DNA of 59,876 bases, filler included, from Porpidia crustulata (taxonomy: Eukaryota), in assembly GCA_964255105.1 (NCBI GenBank). It is 4 parts of 4 records of this genome, joined end to end, with 100 filler letters (N's around TTAATTAATTAA, not from the genome) between each part and the next. Parts side by side here need not be neighbours in the genome. Positions count along the whole stretch, not along the records: positions 1 to 14,923 come from CAXUWE010000351.1; positions 15,024 to 29,928 come from CAXUWE010000352.1; 2 more parts are not named here. One strand, given 5' to 3'. The notes below the pieces were generated by a model that worked only from the letters and a program-made list of their open reading frames with translations, was not told the DNA's origin and did not search any database. Of this stretch, positions 7,462 through 22,400 are shown piece by piece (the first letter of the stretch is position 1; each line of letters begins with the position of its first letter). The position numbers and the translations under genes were made by a program.

Positions 7462-10406
7462 TTTGGAAGTGTGAAGCAGAACAGCAACAACACCTTTCTC
7501 CGGCCCGGAATCGGATCCCACCGATTGTGGACCACTTTGTAAACCACTTTTGATGGCTCAAGACGGTTCGACGTTGTCAAAACCTGACGATGCGTCTGAC
7601 GCAGTTCTGTGGACCATATGAGGGCCTGGCGAGGAATGAGAAGACTGAACAGCTTCAGTCGGGATGCCACTGACTGCAGGGTTTGGGTGAAGCCAAGTAA
7701 GACTGTAAAAGCAACAACGCTTTAATTCAGCAGACGTTGATCTGTGGTCTGCGGCTATGAGCAGCCAAAGCGCGTGGGATTGGAGGTTTTCTATCTTCAA
7801 ACCACTTTGGGGGGGTGAGGGTGGAGGATGGGGATGCGTTTATAGATAGTAATAGAGTACCTTGGGGAAGGGGGACTTTTCAAGGACTTGTGTAGAAAGA
7901 ATAGATATCTTGTTCAAGGGTCTATTCAGTCCCTGCGTAGGAAAAGGCGCATGTTATTCCTTTTCAAGGTTATTTCATTATTTACTAGTCAAGATTGTTA
8001 TTAGGTATATTTCTTATTTGCCCAGCAGTCCAAGTGCCTTAAGCCCAAAGACCCACCACCCCCCTCAAGATCTGAACAAGAGGAGCCTTTTAGGAATAGA
8101 TCCAGGGTCTGTCTGACAGGGCAACAGGATGCCTGCCAGCTGTAGCAAGTAACAAGTACAAAGCCGGGGGGGGGAATACCACTGGGGGTGGTGTTTGGGA
8201 TGTCACGATGTCTGATTGTGAACGGGTGGGCCTCCGGTGATCGACACGGTTTAGCTGAGCTGGTTGGTTGTCATATCGTTGAACTGCCTCCGTTACGTTA
8301 GCTCCGTCATTTAAGATGCAATTCTTCAATTCAAAAGATCGCATTCCTCATCCAGGGTCTTAAGGCCCTTACTAGTGGCCATATAGGCTGCTGGCGATCA
8401 AGCCCCCTCTCGGCCGCAAGAGTGTCTGGACGGTCGTTGACAAAGTCTGGACGTTATGCAGCAGTACCTAGTATCAAGGGTCCAGTACTGTACCTACCTA
8501 GTTGATTCTACTCTAGGTACTTTGTTATTCGGATCCATTATACCTACTTAATCAGATCCCTAGACAGAAGACGTTGCTTTTTCTTTTGCCCCGTTCAGTA
8601 CGTATGGACTCATGTTAAGTGACCAGTCTTACAAAGCCTTAGACTGCTATGTATGGCCACGGCGGATATCTCAGCCGTTAGAATCTGGCATCGTCATTGC
8701 CGTCATAAGGAGTGATACATCATAAACGGCTCATCCACAGATCAACGAGGGATTTGCCACCCACATAATGGTATCTTCGCACCTTCCATAGATTGGACCC
8801 TGATTGTTGCGTAGTTGTATCATAACTGATCATCGAGCCACTCAGATTTCAGGCTCACACACGGAGCTAACCCCGCGGATTACACTCAAATCCGATCTGC
8901 CACCATCTTGCTTCTAGTGTTTATGTCATAGGCGTTGGCGGGTACACCTCCGGGATTGATTGACGGACTTTCAAACCGGTCCAATGAGCATGAGCGGGAT
9001 GTAGGACGTAGTGGCGGTAGGGCCGCAGAGACTTCAAACTCCTGTTCTCGGTAGAGTATGCAGGGTCCAGTCGAACGAGATGTACCACGTGATCATAGCA
9101 GTTGAATATCATGTCACTCAGTAGAGATCTAACAGAAGCCTGGTTACTGTTACTTGAACTCCACTTCTTGTTCTTTGTTTGGATGGAGTAATCTGACATA
9201 CACTCTAAACTCACTGTAGCACAATTCGCCATGACACAACTTATCAATGGGAAGCATGTCCTCATTCGCTGATCTGCAACTCGAAGCATGTGTCTCGTTA
9301 AGGGTTGTGTACTCCCATTTTTTACGTCAAGAAAAACAGGGTGGCATACGGTAAAAGGCCCTGCATGAGAGCCCTCGACGATGTGGCAGAGGCTAGCTAA
9401 GACATCGGTCTGCTCAAGGTGGAGGTGTGTGATCGTGAAAATTGCAAAGCTTTCTACACGAAGCCCAATCGCAGCCTCTGACCATCTAAGCGATTTTTGT
9501 CAAGGGAATAGCGCAATCATGACCAGTTGAACCTTATTCTCGGTTTCCATGTTCCATGTTCATAGACCTTAAGAGGACAGCCTTCCAGGTTATGGGCCTC
9601 AAGTACTCCAATATTCCTGGGCATGAGCTCACGTACCGTATCCTTCCCCAACTACCTGTCGACGTAAGACGTTGTGGCATGTCAAGCAAAATGCTTTCTA
9701 CGAAAGCTGGATATCAGCTTTTAAAATCACATGGGAGCAGCGACTGGCGACTGACAAGAACTGTAACTGATCCGTGTTTCATGAACAGTCTGACGGATCA
9801 TTGTCAGAGGGCCGTGACTCTTGCGCTCCACCTTCACCCTGTGTGCCTTTTTAACTACCTATACAAACAAATAAGAAGCTACAGATCACGTTCATCTCTA
9901 CAACATTGACCTTTTAAAAAGAACGAAGACTGAAGACAATATCAGGCTCCGAGATATGGAGAAGCGCTTGACTCTTGATCAATTAGTCCTGAAATCATGA
10001 TTGGAGCATACGAATACTTTCGTGTCGGGCAATGGCTTGGATGGGTCTAAATTGTACCGACTTGCTGGAAGTCTCGCTTTCGTCAGATACGTCGAAAAAA
10101 TCTGAACTCAGCTTATTGATGAGACCTAAACCCAGATATGCTTCCAATGCCCGTCACTAGGTAAAAATGAACATGCGGATTGGATAACTTCCACGAAAGC
10201 TGTCTGTACTTTACTAATTGGGCAGTGTCCATTTGTTTACGTGAAGAAGATTTTTGAGATCTGATTAGATTAGGGTATGCAGCACAGGTCCCTGCGTTAA
10301 TGCTGATGCGTGCAGGAGTGGGGCAAGCTCTCTTGCAAGTAGGTGAATAAATATCAATATAGAAATTAGAAGTCAGGCAGATATCACTATTACCTACCAT
10401 TGAAAA

Positions 10407-11058
10407 ATGTTCAAAAAAGAGTCAGTAAGCATTATGATTCACCGTCTACCCGTCTAATGAGTTTGGGGGAGTAGGATCTCTCCGGGAGCAAAGTCCAAGG
10501 TCAAGTCCTCAGTCCAACGAGCCATACGGACCAAAATCGTCGAGACTTATCCTCTATTCGCTCCATATATTGATGAAATTATGCCCAAAAAGTCACAACT
10601 AGATTTGTTGAAGCTGTAGGTGTCCACCCAGTAATGTTACTATGCCATAGCAAATTGACACTTCAAGACCCGACCGAGTTTCTCTCTACGCTCTCGAGAA
10701 CAACCCTCTCTTTTGGCAACATATGGATGACCCGATCATCCCCCATCTTCGTGTCGTACACCAGTTCCCTCAATGCTTCTCAAGAATAGGAATAGATCGA
10801 GGTGCCATACGCTTCGTCCTTTCGGGCGCAACGCTTATGGCACCTGGGTTGACATCGAAGGGGGGTCGACTACCGGAGGCGGACGATGAGCTTAAGGAAG
10901 GAACCGTGGCTGTTATTGAGGCTGAGGGAAAAGAAGAAGCTTGTTTGGTAGGTCAGTTGAGGATGGGTACGGAGGAAGTCAAGGAAAAGAAAAAAGGGGT
11001 CGTGATGGACACGGGACACTACTTAGGAGACGGATTGTGGAATATAATAATTGATTGA
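10407..11058 (+). CDS. TMA20: Translation machinery-associated protein 20 (MCT-1; pre-PUA + PUA); 2 introns
   Basis: MFKKE|ISPGAKSKVKSSVQRAIR...MPKK...KL|PDRVSLY...IIPHLRVVHQFP...IDRGAIRFVLSGATLMAPGLTSKGG...HYLGDGLW. Confidence 0.93.
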
Positions 11059-11325
11059 GATACCCATGTTCATTCTTTATCGATGCTTTGATACCTAGAG
11101 AATACAAAAGCTAAGCTGGGACATCATTTGCATGCAACCTTGCCCGAAATCTTGTTGTGTAAATCTAAATATTATGCTATCTACCTATCTATATTTAATC
11201 ATCGACTAGAAGACGGCTCTATGAAACCCTCTGGGGAAAGTTCGATTGGGAGCCCGGCAGGTAGCGCGACAGGGATATCATAATTCAAGTCAAAATCGAT
11301 GCCTTTCTACATTCCCGCGTGAGCT

Positions 11326-14300
11326 ATGTACTGGCCGTTGGGCGCTCCGCGAGTTTATGCTGCTACACGACCTCGGCCAAATGCGTCTCAGACTGATAAA
11401 TCGAGCAACAGTGAAGAAGAGGCGGAAGAGAAAGCTGACAAGGTCCTCTTGGGTCTTCGAGTTTCGCGCAGCGGTCACCTATGCGCAACCGTTACTGCAA
11501 AAACGCTGAGCATCTGGCAAACATCTGTAAGTCTTAGATAGTACAGCATTGACTGGCTCTGACTGATTCGTAGCCTATAGTTGTCCTTGCGTATGTCACA
11601 CGCTCATCACAATCCTTGATCAAATATGGCGGCAATGTCTCCGTCCTATTACGTCCAGATGCCACCATTGCAGCTGTACAGACCTCACTAGGCTTTTTAG
11701 TCACGTACTCTGTTACGCCGGAACCTAATGCTCGAGTCTATCAGCAAGTTCATCCACCTGGGCATGCTCGCAGGCAAAGCAATACCGATCGTCTGGCCAG
11801 TAAAGTTGATCCATCAGGGCTTCAGGAAGTCAACCTTCGATTTCGCATGGTCATCAAGGTTGATGCAGGAATTGGAAAAGTGCTGGCTCTCGATGACGAG
11901 TTGGTGGTAGCCACTCTTAAGCCTGCAGCCGTGCAGTGCATTCGATGGACACCAGATAGTACGGGGAGTCAGACAAGCACAGAATTACTGAGTCGGATGG
12001 CATGGATTCAGAGAAAGGCAAACGTCGTTGACATGGTGTATGATAGAGCCATGAGTCTCACCATCTGGACTACCAACGATGGCAGGGCGTACGCTGTACA
12101 ACGCGTGTCCGGGCTGCCGAAAGAACCTAGCACGCCGAGGAGGTTGTTTCGTGGTTACGGCTTCCACATACCGGAGCGCCAGGAAGACTGGGCCACGCGA
12201 GCCGCAATAAATGCCAGATTCTCATTACTGGCTATAGCATGTACAAGTAGCGAAATTTGGGTCTATACCGCGCGAGACTATGTGGGGAGCATACCGCTTT
12301 CACATAAACTTCAATCACCAGCCTCACAAACCGCAACTGGTCTGATCACTTCACTGAGCTACTCACCTGATGGCTACTGTCTCTTCGCTGGATATGAGAG
12401 GGGCTGGGCTCTGTGGAGTGTCTACGGAAAGCCGGGGGCAAGTAGCTTTGCGGCAGACCGTCAAGTCTCTGCAAGCAACGAGGAGATCTGGTTGAGCAAT
12501 GTCTATGAAGGAGTTTGGCTCAATGCTGGATTGAACATACTCTTACTAGGTCAGAACGATGATCGTTTATGGCTGTTGGACATGGCGAAATCTGCAGTCA
12601 CCGGATGTTTCTCGGCTGCGAATGTATCTCGTACGATGTTGCTAACCAATACAAGTATCATGGTCTATCGCGGTTATGATCTGCCCGTGCTCGAGACGAT
12701 TTCGGCAGACGCATCTCTCTGGCATCACGTACCAATTTCACCTGCATATTTAGAAAACCAACGTCCTATCCGGAGTGCTGTGATCTCCCCAGATGGAAGG
12801 TATGTGGCAGTCGCTGGACGGCGAGGGCTGGCCCACCATAGCGTTACTAGTGGGCGCTGGAAAACATTCCGCGACGCAGAGGCCGAAAATGCCTTCGTTG
12901 TTCGAGGCGGCATGTGCTGGTATCAGCATATTCTAATTGCCGCAGTAGAAACAGATGGTTCTCACGAGGTAGGTCGTCTCCTGTCATGAGCCTATATATT
13001 GGCTGATGAAAGTAGCTTCGACTCTACTCACGTGAGCTTGGTTTGGATGATTCCTCTCTCGTCTACACTGAGCTGCTGCCTGCACCTGTTGTAGTGATTT
13101 CACTCACAGGGCAAGATTCGCTCCTGGTTTATACATATGAGAATATTCTCTACCACTACGTGATCAATGCGGCGAGCGCTGCTGTGACGCTTGTTCAGGT
13201 TGGCCAGATCGCACTCCATGGTATTGTGCGAGCACCTGCTCGGGTCAGAGCTGTGGGTTGGATCTTGCCTGACCATCAATCACGTAAGTTGAGCAAATCG
13301 TGCATGTATACTTTAGCTGACCAATAAAGGTGATGGCGATCCTTCACAGGATGTCAAGTACGCGTCAGTAATCTTCCTCGTAGACGCGAAGCTTGTACTT
13401 TTACAGTCTTCCACCAACGTAGACGGGGGCTTAAAGTATGACATGCGGGTGATTGCGAATAACGTTGAATATTTTGATCTCATGCGAGATCAGATACCTA
13501 CGGCAGGCACTCCAGATGGCAGACAATCAGAATCGCCTGGCCTTGAGGCCCCCGAGGAAGGATTTCACAATGACCGAGGATTAAGAGATTCGCTATGGTT
13601 TTTTGATGGTATCAACGTTCAGTGTTGGATGGACGTTGAGGAACTTGTACAATCAGCTTCAACGGAGAATGACCGTGACCTACCACAGCCTGTGTCCATA
13701 CATACCGATTTCTATCCATCGTCTATAATACTTGCCAAAGGGATTCTATTGGGTATAGATGCAGATCTTGTGCAACGAAGAGATATCCAGTTTGCATTTT
13801 TTAAATCCGCCGTTAGGGTACGAATAAATACCGTGCATTGCCTGAGAAAATGCTAATTTATAAAAGACCCAGCTTTTTCTACCCCAATTCATTCGTCGCC
13901 AGCTCTCTCTCTTCGATTCCGCAGCGGCATCGAATCTTGCGCATCGATACCAGCAACTCCCTTATTTCTCCCACGCCCTCGAAATTCTTCTACACACAGT
14001 CCTTGATGATGAAGTCGACACGTCACCCTCGCCCGAAGACGCGCTATTACCCTCGGTCCTCTCCTTCTTGTCTTCTTTCCCAGATTACCTCGACATTCTC
14101 GTCCAGTGCACTCGAAAGACCGAAGTCCGCTCATGGCGCACTTTATTCGCATATCTCCCTCCACCTCAAGAGCTATTTGAAGCATCTCTACAGCAAGGCC
14201 GACTCAAAACCGCAGGCGGGTACTTGCTCGTCCTCCACACCTTCGAGGAACTCGAAACCAGCTCAGAGCAATGCGTTCGCCTACTACGCAGGGCCAAGGA

Positions 14301-14622
14301 AGCCGCAGACTGGGACCTCTGCAAGGAACTGGCTCGCTTCCTGATGGCGCTGGACGAGTCCGGAGATACGTTACGGCAGGCGTTACAGAGAATCGACATT
14401 GGGACCTCGTCCGGCGAAAGCAACACAAGTGAACACGCTGGCGATCACGTCCGCCTGAAGACCCCGCGCCCGCACGAGAGAGCCAGGCAACGAGGTATCA
14501 ACGGGCGAACCGCGCATTCGCGCAGTCCCGCCAGCAGCGGCAGGGCGAGTCCGACGAGCGCGACGACGATTTCCGAAGAGCCTCCGGGGTCGGATGATTA
14601 TTTCTCGCCGCGTAGCGAATGA
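11326..14622 (+). CDS. RIC1: RIC1, Ypt6/Rab6 GEF complex subunit (WD40-like + RIC1 domain); 4 introns
   Basis: N-terminal MYWPLGAP; ISPDGRYVAVAGRRGLAHHS..SGRWK; C-terminal DILVQCTRKTEVRSWRTLF...WDLCKELARFL. Exons are joined by GT-AG introns. Confidence 0.93.
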
Positions 14623-14923
14623 GAGTTTGTATCGGTTGAGTATCCAAATATCGATCAAGCTTCACCCGACGGACCCAAAAAAAATCCTTGTTTTGTGTAA
14701 TATTCCTAGAACCTTTTTTCCTAGCTTGGCGTTTAGATTCTCGTTTGTGCGGGAGGCATTGAGGCATTTGATATGCATCTTTTAGGGGGCTAGAAGAATA
14801 CAGTATACCTCCTTTCCATCCCGCTCTTGACTCCCCAGCAAAAACCGAGTTCGATGCCGCCGTATCCATTTTCCCTCACCCGGATATTTGTCATCGAGTC
14901 CCACACACCGCACGCCTTTCCCC

Positions 14924-15023
14924 NNNNNNNNNNNNNNNNNNNNNNNNNNNNNNNNNNNNNNNNNNNNTTAATTAATTAANNNNNNNNNNNNNNNNNNNNN
15001 NNNNNNNNNNNNNNNNNNNNNNN
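14924..15023. other. Artificial contig linker N44-TTAATTAATTAA-N44
   Basis: 100-nt spacer with a six-frame stop palindrome; identical at three sites. Confidence 0.99.
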
Positions 15024-16466
15024 GTGGGAGGGTATGTGGATGTTCCTTCAAGCCTCCTCCTATGTTGCTTGCGCTGTTGCTCAGAGGCGTGAGAGGCGCC
15101 ATAGTGTTTCCCAACTCAACTAACGCCCCAATCTCATTCTCCAGGAACCTCAAAGCCTCAGGACGGTCGGATTGATATCACACAATCAGTCACACCAGTG
15201 GCTCCGGCTTGAGAAACTTTTTTAGAGTGTCATCCGTACTAAGGGCATAGAGCATAGCTGACTGGGCGGACAATCTGGACATGTGATACCATCGGCGTTG
15301 TCATTGTTCGAGGTACATGCTGTCATCTTTGTCAAGCCTTTTGGAAGACTGAAGGTTAGTAGGTACCTACTGGAGACTTCTATGGCCGCCTCGAGGTCTT
15401 GTTTCCGGAAGACGTCAACACACCAGGAAGTACGTTGACCTGATCCACCTATTGGGCAGTCGGAAATACGTCCGGCGTCGCGTACCCGTAAGGTACTGAT
15501 TTGTCACCAGTTAAGCTGTTCCAACTCGCTTCCATGCTCATAGCCAAGATACCGGCTTACCAACTTACCTGGAATAATATAACACTGTCTCGTGATGAGG
15601 CTCAGTAACATACCCTGTTCGCTCCATACCGAAGACAAGGTAGGGAAGGTACCTGGCACGCCTGGCTGCCTAGCTGAATCTTCCAGTACGAGCCTGAGAA
15701 AGCTGCTCGACGCTTTGGGACCATGCATGACTTCCGATGTCGATGGAAATCGTCCTTCGTCCTTTTCGGAGAATTACCAATGCAAGATGCTGTCTCATTT
15801 CATGCCAGGAAATGCATGTCGCGTATGTCTCCATGTGATTGGGACGCCATCTGTACCTTGTCACCTAAGGTCTTACACGAACCCGGAGGCAGCTACCGGT
15901 GAATTGAAAACGGTAATCTCTGTGTTGCCTCCACTTTCTCCAAAGCTGAGACGACTTCGAGGCCCCCAAAGGAAAACTCATGTCCCGTAGTGCACCTGGA
16001 CGACTAGATCGTGCCAACATCGATACAATCACCGAATGTCTCTGGAAAGCTTCGTTCAATGGTCAGTGCTTCACCGTCAGCAACTCCTTCGGGTCGGTGG
16101 ATCGGTTGCTCATGCATAATGGATCACAAATGACGAGAAACCTGTCTGGTATGTCGGGTTGGGCTGAGAATAGGGGATCCATGGTAGCCTGCAAATTTCG
16201 TCTGGCCAAGACAAGATTTGGTGATGTCTGGTTCGGGACATTACCGAAGCGGTCATCAACCTTGGACTACCGCACAAGGTAGCCGCCTCGTATCAGTGAA
16301 GTCACGGTGTTCACTTGTCGTTTAGGCTTTTGCAATTCGTGGGCGGGTTGGTCGGCAATGCTGTGTTTCACTGGTGAATAGATATACCACTCGAGGTCCG
16401 AAGCAGCTTGGAGTCGAATTTATATCGTTAATATCTGAACAAATTCTCTACCACACGGCCGCAGAT

Positions 16467-19400
16467 ATGGTTGGCGAGATGAGGATACTCCTCTTCGGGG
16501 ATCAAGCTCTCAACCCTCATGCCTACTTCCGGGGCCAACTGTTATCCGGCAGGACCAATCCTCTCGTCTGCCTTTTTCTCCAGAGGGTCTCTGTCGCCCT
16601 AAACCGCGAGATAGCTCAGCTATCGTCGTTGGAGCGAAGACACATACCAAGCTTCTCGACCATTGAGGTGCTCATTGACCGCACTCATTCATCCCAAATT
16701 TACCATGCTGGAATCGAGAGTGCTTTGCTGTGTATATCCCAGATAGCTCATTATATTGAGTAAGTCAATGGCCCAACATTCTTGCCAAGCGCATCTAACA
16801 TTTTAAGGCATGCTGGCGAGCTTTACGGTCAGCCTGGACAGTCTGCAGATACGTACGCCGTAGGGTTATGTACAGGTCTTCTAGCTGCTGCTGCCGTCGC
16901 CTCATCCCCAGCGCTCCCTGCGCTTATACCATTAGGGGTCGAGGTCGCTTTAATTGCCTTCCGTGTTGGACTCCATGTCGGATCCACGGCCACAAACCTG
17001 GATTTTGCACGCACTGGCTCGGCAAGTTGGTCCACCATCGTCGCCGGAATGACTGAGTCAGCGGCACATGATACCATTTCAGCATTACACGCAGAAAAAG
17101 TATATCTTGAAAGCACATATTCTATCCAGATTGATGGTTGACCTATCACGCAGGAAATACCGAGATCCCAATATGCCTACGTCAGTACAATAAGTAACTC
17201 ATCTGTCACTATCAGTGGCCCGCCTTCAACATTGAAGCAGCTTTTTGGCTCGCATTCATCTTTGGGTTCAAGTAGGTTGGAGGTTCCCATACACGGTCCC
17301 TACCATGCGTCGCATCTACACAGTGGCCTCGATGTGCAACAGATCCTGCGGTATTCGGACCAGCGGATTTCGCAAGTCCTAGACCAGTACCAGTCAAGGC
17401 TTGCAGTCATGTCAACAAGCACAGGCACCTGGTTCGACAAGAACACGAATACGAAGAAACTACTGGAAACTGTTGTCAGCGAGATTCTGAAAGAGCCTTT
17501 GCGTCTCAATGAAGTGCTTCACGGCTGCGCCAAGACAGTGACAGCCTCTGAAGTCTCCCGCTGTGAGATAATTTCGTGCGGTCCCAGCAGCGTAGCGAGT
17601 GGTTTTCTTACTGCACTGAAATCTGAGACTGCTGCGGAAGTGGTGCTGCAGCAAGAGCCACTAGACGCACCTTCGACCCTTCGATTGAACCAGATCCCAA
17701 GGACTTCGCGCAAACCAAAACTTGCCATTGTTGGCATGGCTGGAAGATTTCCTGACGCAGCTGACGCAGAAAAATTTTGGGATCTGCTCAATGCCGGGTT
17801 GGATGTCCACCGAGAAGTGCGTATTCCTCGAATGCTTAGTTCGACCAAGAAGCTAATGAAAGTGTAGATTCCTCCGGATCGATTTGATGTTAAGAAACAT
17901 TACGATCCAAGTGGTAAAATCCGAAACACGAGTCATACGCCATATGGCTGTTTCATTAAGGAGCCAGGGCTATTTGATCCTCGCTTCTTCAATATGTCCC
18001 CTCGAGAGGCGACTCAAACCGACCCGATGCACAGACTTGGCCTCACAAGTGCATATGAGGCACTTGAGATGGCCGGTTATGTACCGAACAGAACGCCATC
18101 CACCAAACTAGATCGAGTCGGTACTTTCTACGGCCAAACCAGCGATGATTGGCGAGAGATCAATGCAGCCCAGGATGTTGACACCTACTTTATTACAGGG
18201 GGTGTGAGAGCCTTCGCACCAGTAAGTCATCATTCCGAGTTGAAGATCAAGACTAAATTAACGGTAATACACAGGGCAGGATAAATTACCACTTCAAGTT
18301 CAGTGGGCCAAGTTTCAGCGTCGATACCGCTTGCTCTTCAAGTATGGCTGCAATCCAACTTGCATGCACGTCATTGTGGGCTGGAGACTGCGACACGGCC
18401 GTTGCGGGAGGTCTTAACGTGATGACCAATTCGGACATTTTCTCAGGACTAAGTCGTGGCCAATTCTTATCCAAAACGGCAAATTGCCAAACTTTTGACA
18501 ACGATGCCGATGGGTACTGCCGAGGCGATGGAATCGGGACTCTCGTCATCAAACGACTCGAAGATGCAGAGGCCGACAATGATCGTATTTTGGGGGTGAT
18601 TCTCGAGACTGCAACCAATCATTCTGCAAATGCAGTATCCATTACACACCCACATGCACCCACGCAAGAGATCCTCTTCAAGAAAGTTATGGATGATGCC
18701 GGCATCGATCCTCATGATGTGAGCTATGTCGAGATGCATGGTACTGGAACTCAAGCTGGAGATGGCACGGAGATGACATCCGTCACCAATGTTTTTGCAC
18801 CATCTTCTCGTAAAGGCTCAAGGGTCAAGCCACTTCATCTTGGATCAGTCAAATCGAACGTTGGCCACGGAGAAGCGGTTTCCGGAGTGACCGCCATGAT
18901 AAAGTGTCTTCTAATGATGCAGAAGAACCTCATTCCTCCTCATTGCGGCATCAAAAAGACAATCAACCAGAGCTTTCCATCTGACCTGAACGCACGCAAC
19001 GTTCACATTGCCTTTAAGTCTACTCCATTGAAGACCCCCGACAATTCCCCACGCAAGATATTCGTAAATAATTTCAGTGCCGCTGGCGGTAATACAGCAA
19101 TGCTACTGGAAGATGCACCTGCAAAACCATACGCAAGAGATGACCCTCGGTCAGATTTTGTGGTCTCGGTTTCGGCAAAGTCGAAGACAGCCCTCCGGGC
19201 TAACACGAGGAATTTGATCCAATTTATCGACCAAAATAGCGACATATCGCTGGCCGATCTCTCATACACTACCACCGCCCGTCGTATTCAACACAATTAT
19301 CGTATCGCGTTTGGTTGTAATAGCGTTGCCAAGGCGAAGGAAGTACTTGCCTCGAAGCTCGACGATGCCATAGACCCGGTGCCAAATGTACAGCCGAGCG

Positions 19401-22400
19401 TAGCGTTCACCTTCACAGGCCAAGGTTCCCACTACGCGGCATTAGGCAAGCAATTCTTTGAGAATTCGAGTCAGTACCGCTCAGATCTACTCAACTTCAA
19501 TGGCATTGGCCTCAGTCAGGGTTTTCCATCATTTCTTTCCTTGGTGGAAGGTGATATCGAAGTTAAAAGCCTGCCGCCAATTGTAGTGCAAATTGGCTTG
19601 TGCTGCATACAAATGGCCTTGGTTCGACTATGGGCCTCGTGGGGGGTGAAGCCTGACGTTGTACTAGGCCACAGCCTTGGAGAATACGCGGCGCTCAATG
19701 CTGCTGGTGTCATCTCTCCATCTGACGCAATTTATCTCGTTGGCGAGCGGGCCAGACTGCTACAAGATAGGTGTAGCGCCAGTTCTCACGCCATGCTCGC
19801 AACCAACACCTCTGCCCAGAACGCCAGAGAGCTTGTATCTTGTATTGAAGGTGTCGAAGTCGCCTGTATGAACGCACGACAGGAAACTGTTCTTAGCGGC
19901 TCATTTTCCGACATCGACAAAGCTGCCGAACTGTTAACTGTGGAAGGAATCAAGTCCACAAAGCTCAACGTACAATACGCTTTCCATTCGTCTCAAGTCG
20001 AACCAATCCTCGACCAATTCACGAAATTAGCATCTTCCATTGTTTTCCATAAGCCAACGATTCCCATTATATCCCCTCTCTTATCCACGGTCTTGAGCGA
20101 GGTCGACAGCATTAACGGAGAGTACTTGGCTAGACACGCAAGAGAAGCCGTCAACTTTGTTGGCGGTATTGCTTCGGCTCAGCAGCTTGGACTCATTAAT
20201 GATATGACTGCCTGGGTCGAAATCGGTCCCCATCCAGTCTGCCTTGGCTTTGTCAAATCTGAGCTTGGTCAAAGCACGGTAACTGCTCCTTCGCTTCGGA
20301 GGAACGAGGCGCCTTACAAGATTCTATCAAACAGTTTGTCCCTGCTCCACTCTACTGGCATCTCAATCGACTGGAACGAGTACCACCGCGACTTCCTAGA
20401 TTGCGTGCAGATGTTAGATCTCCCTGCTTATGCGTTCGACAACAAGAACTATTGGATCCAATATACTGGCGACTGGAACTTGAGTAAGGGTCAGCCGGGT
20501 AAACTCTCAATCATGCCTGAGGTTCCCAAGTCGAATCTCTCAACAACGACCGTTCAAAAAGTTGTTTCAGAAGAGGTTGAGAAAGATACAGCGACGATGG
20601 TAGTCGAGTCGGACATTGGTCGTCCAGATCTTTTCACCGCAGTCAGCGGCCATGTTGTCAACGGGACTGCTTTGTGCCCCTCATCGATATATGGAGACAT
20701 GGCGCTTACGGTTTGCGACCATCTTTACAAGCTTATGAGGCCACAGGCCACCTCCGTTGGCATGAATGTCTGTCACATGGAAGTGTTTAAGCCCTTGATT
20801 GGAAAGGGCAGCGGCGATGAACAAATTGTGCGATTGTCGGCTAAGGCAGATCTTTCCAATGGCAGGGCGGACCTGGTATTTAGCAGTGGTGCTGGGAAGT
20901 CCGAGGTTGAACATGCCAGATGTCATGTCGAATATGGCTCAAATTCGACTTGGCTTGCAGAGTGGCAGCGCACGGCGTATTTGATCAAAGGGCGTGTCGA
21001 CAGCCTACAGAAAGCTGCGTCAACTGGAGCTGCTCACCGAATGCTCCGAGGAATGGCTTACAAGCTTTTCGGTGCTTTGGTTGATTACGACTCGAGATAC
21101 AGAGGCATGGAAGAGGTTATTCTTGACAGTCCACAGCTGGAGGCGACTTCCCACGTTGTCTTTCAGACCTCTGAGATTGACGGCTCGTTCTTCTGTAGTC
21201 CTTATTGGATTGACAGCGTGGCACATTTGGCTGGCTTCACTGTCAACGCCAACGACGCTCTTGACTCTACCAAGCAGGTTTACATCTCACATGGTTGGGA
21301 GTCCATGCGCTTCGCAGAGCCACTCTCTGCAAAGAAGACCTATCGTTCATATGTGAAGATGCAGCCCGTCGAAGGCAGTAATGTTGTCTCTGGTGACGTT
21401 TTCATATTCGATGGAGACAAAATCATTGGCATGGTGGGGGCGCTGAAGTTTCAATGTATTCCGCGTCAACTTTTGAATACCTTCCTTCCGCCCAAGGGAC
21501 TGGCGGTCCAGAAAGCCCCAGTGAATACTGCGCCTCGTCCAGCCCTGAAAACGGCGGCACCCAAAGTCGTGAAACCAGTCGCGACAAAGATGAATGCAGC
21601 TCCACGAGCAGGACCTTCGATCACCGCTAAGGCTATTAAAGTCATCGCGGACGAGCTTGGGGTACCTACAACGGAATTGGCCGACGCTATCGAATTCGCT
21701 ACGATAGGTGTCGACTCCCTCATGTCGCTCTCGATAACTGGCAGGATAAGAGAAGAACTAGATGTCCAAGTGAATTCCTCGTTGTTCAACGACTATCCTA
21801 CAGTAGGCAGTATGCGGGGCTTCTTAAGTCAATGTGGCTCTTCCAAGGTCATTGATGCCGACTCGGAAGATAGCGAGAATAGCAGTGCGCCATTCGGGGA
21901 CTCTGATTCGGGGTCATCTCAAAGCGATGCATTCTCGACGCCGACATCACCAGGGTCTCCAGCGTCTCCATCAGAGGCCGATCCGTTGTCTCAAATTATC
22001 AGAGAGACCATATCGGCAGAAATGGGGGTTGAAATTGAGGAACTCCTCGCGGCACACGATCTGAGCGAACTTGGCATGGATTCACTCATGGCTCTTTCAA
22101 TCCTTGGAGTACTACGTGAGACTACCGGTATGTCTTTGCCCGCAACCTTCTTGGTTGATAATTCGTCCATCAAAGCCATCGAAAAGACCCTCAACATTGA
22201 TCAAGTACAAGAAGTCAAGAAAACTCAGCCCCTTCCTAAAGTTGTTGAATTCAAGTCACCGCCAAAAAAAGTGGCGCGAACATTAGGGAAGGTCGTACAC
22301 CCCCCCAAGATAATAGTGGCACCAGAACGCTTTGCTACCTCGGTCCTCCTCCAAGGAAGCCCTCGAGCTGCAGAGAAGACGTTCTGGCTAATACCCGATG

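Noticed and set aside
8921..9909. 122-aa and 117-aa ORFs upstream of the C2H2 gene
   Set aside because: No recognisable domain or exon structure.
14968..14979. TTAATTAATTAA palindrome repeated three times
   Set aside because: Artificial six-frame-stop linker.
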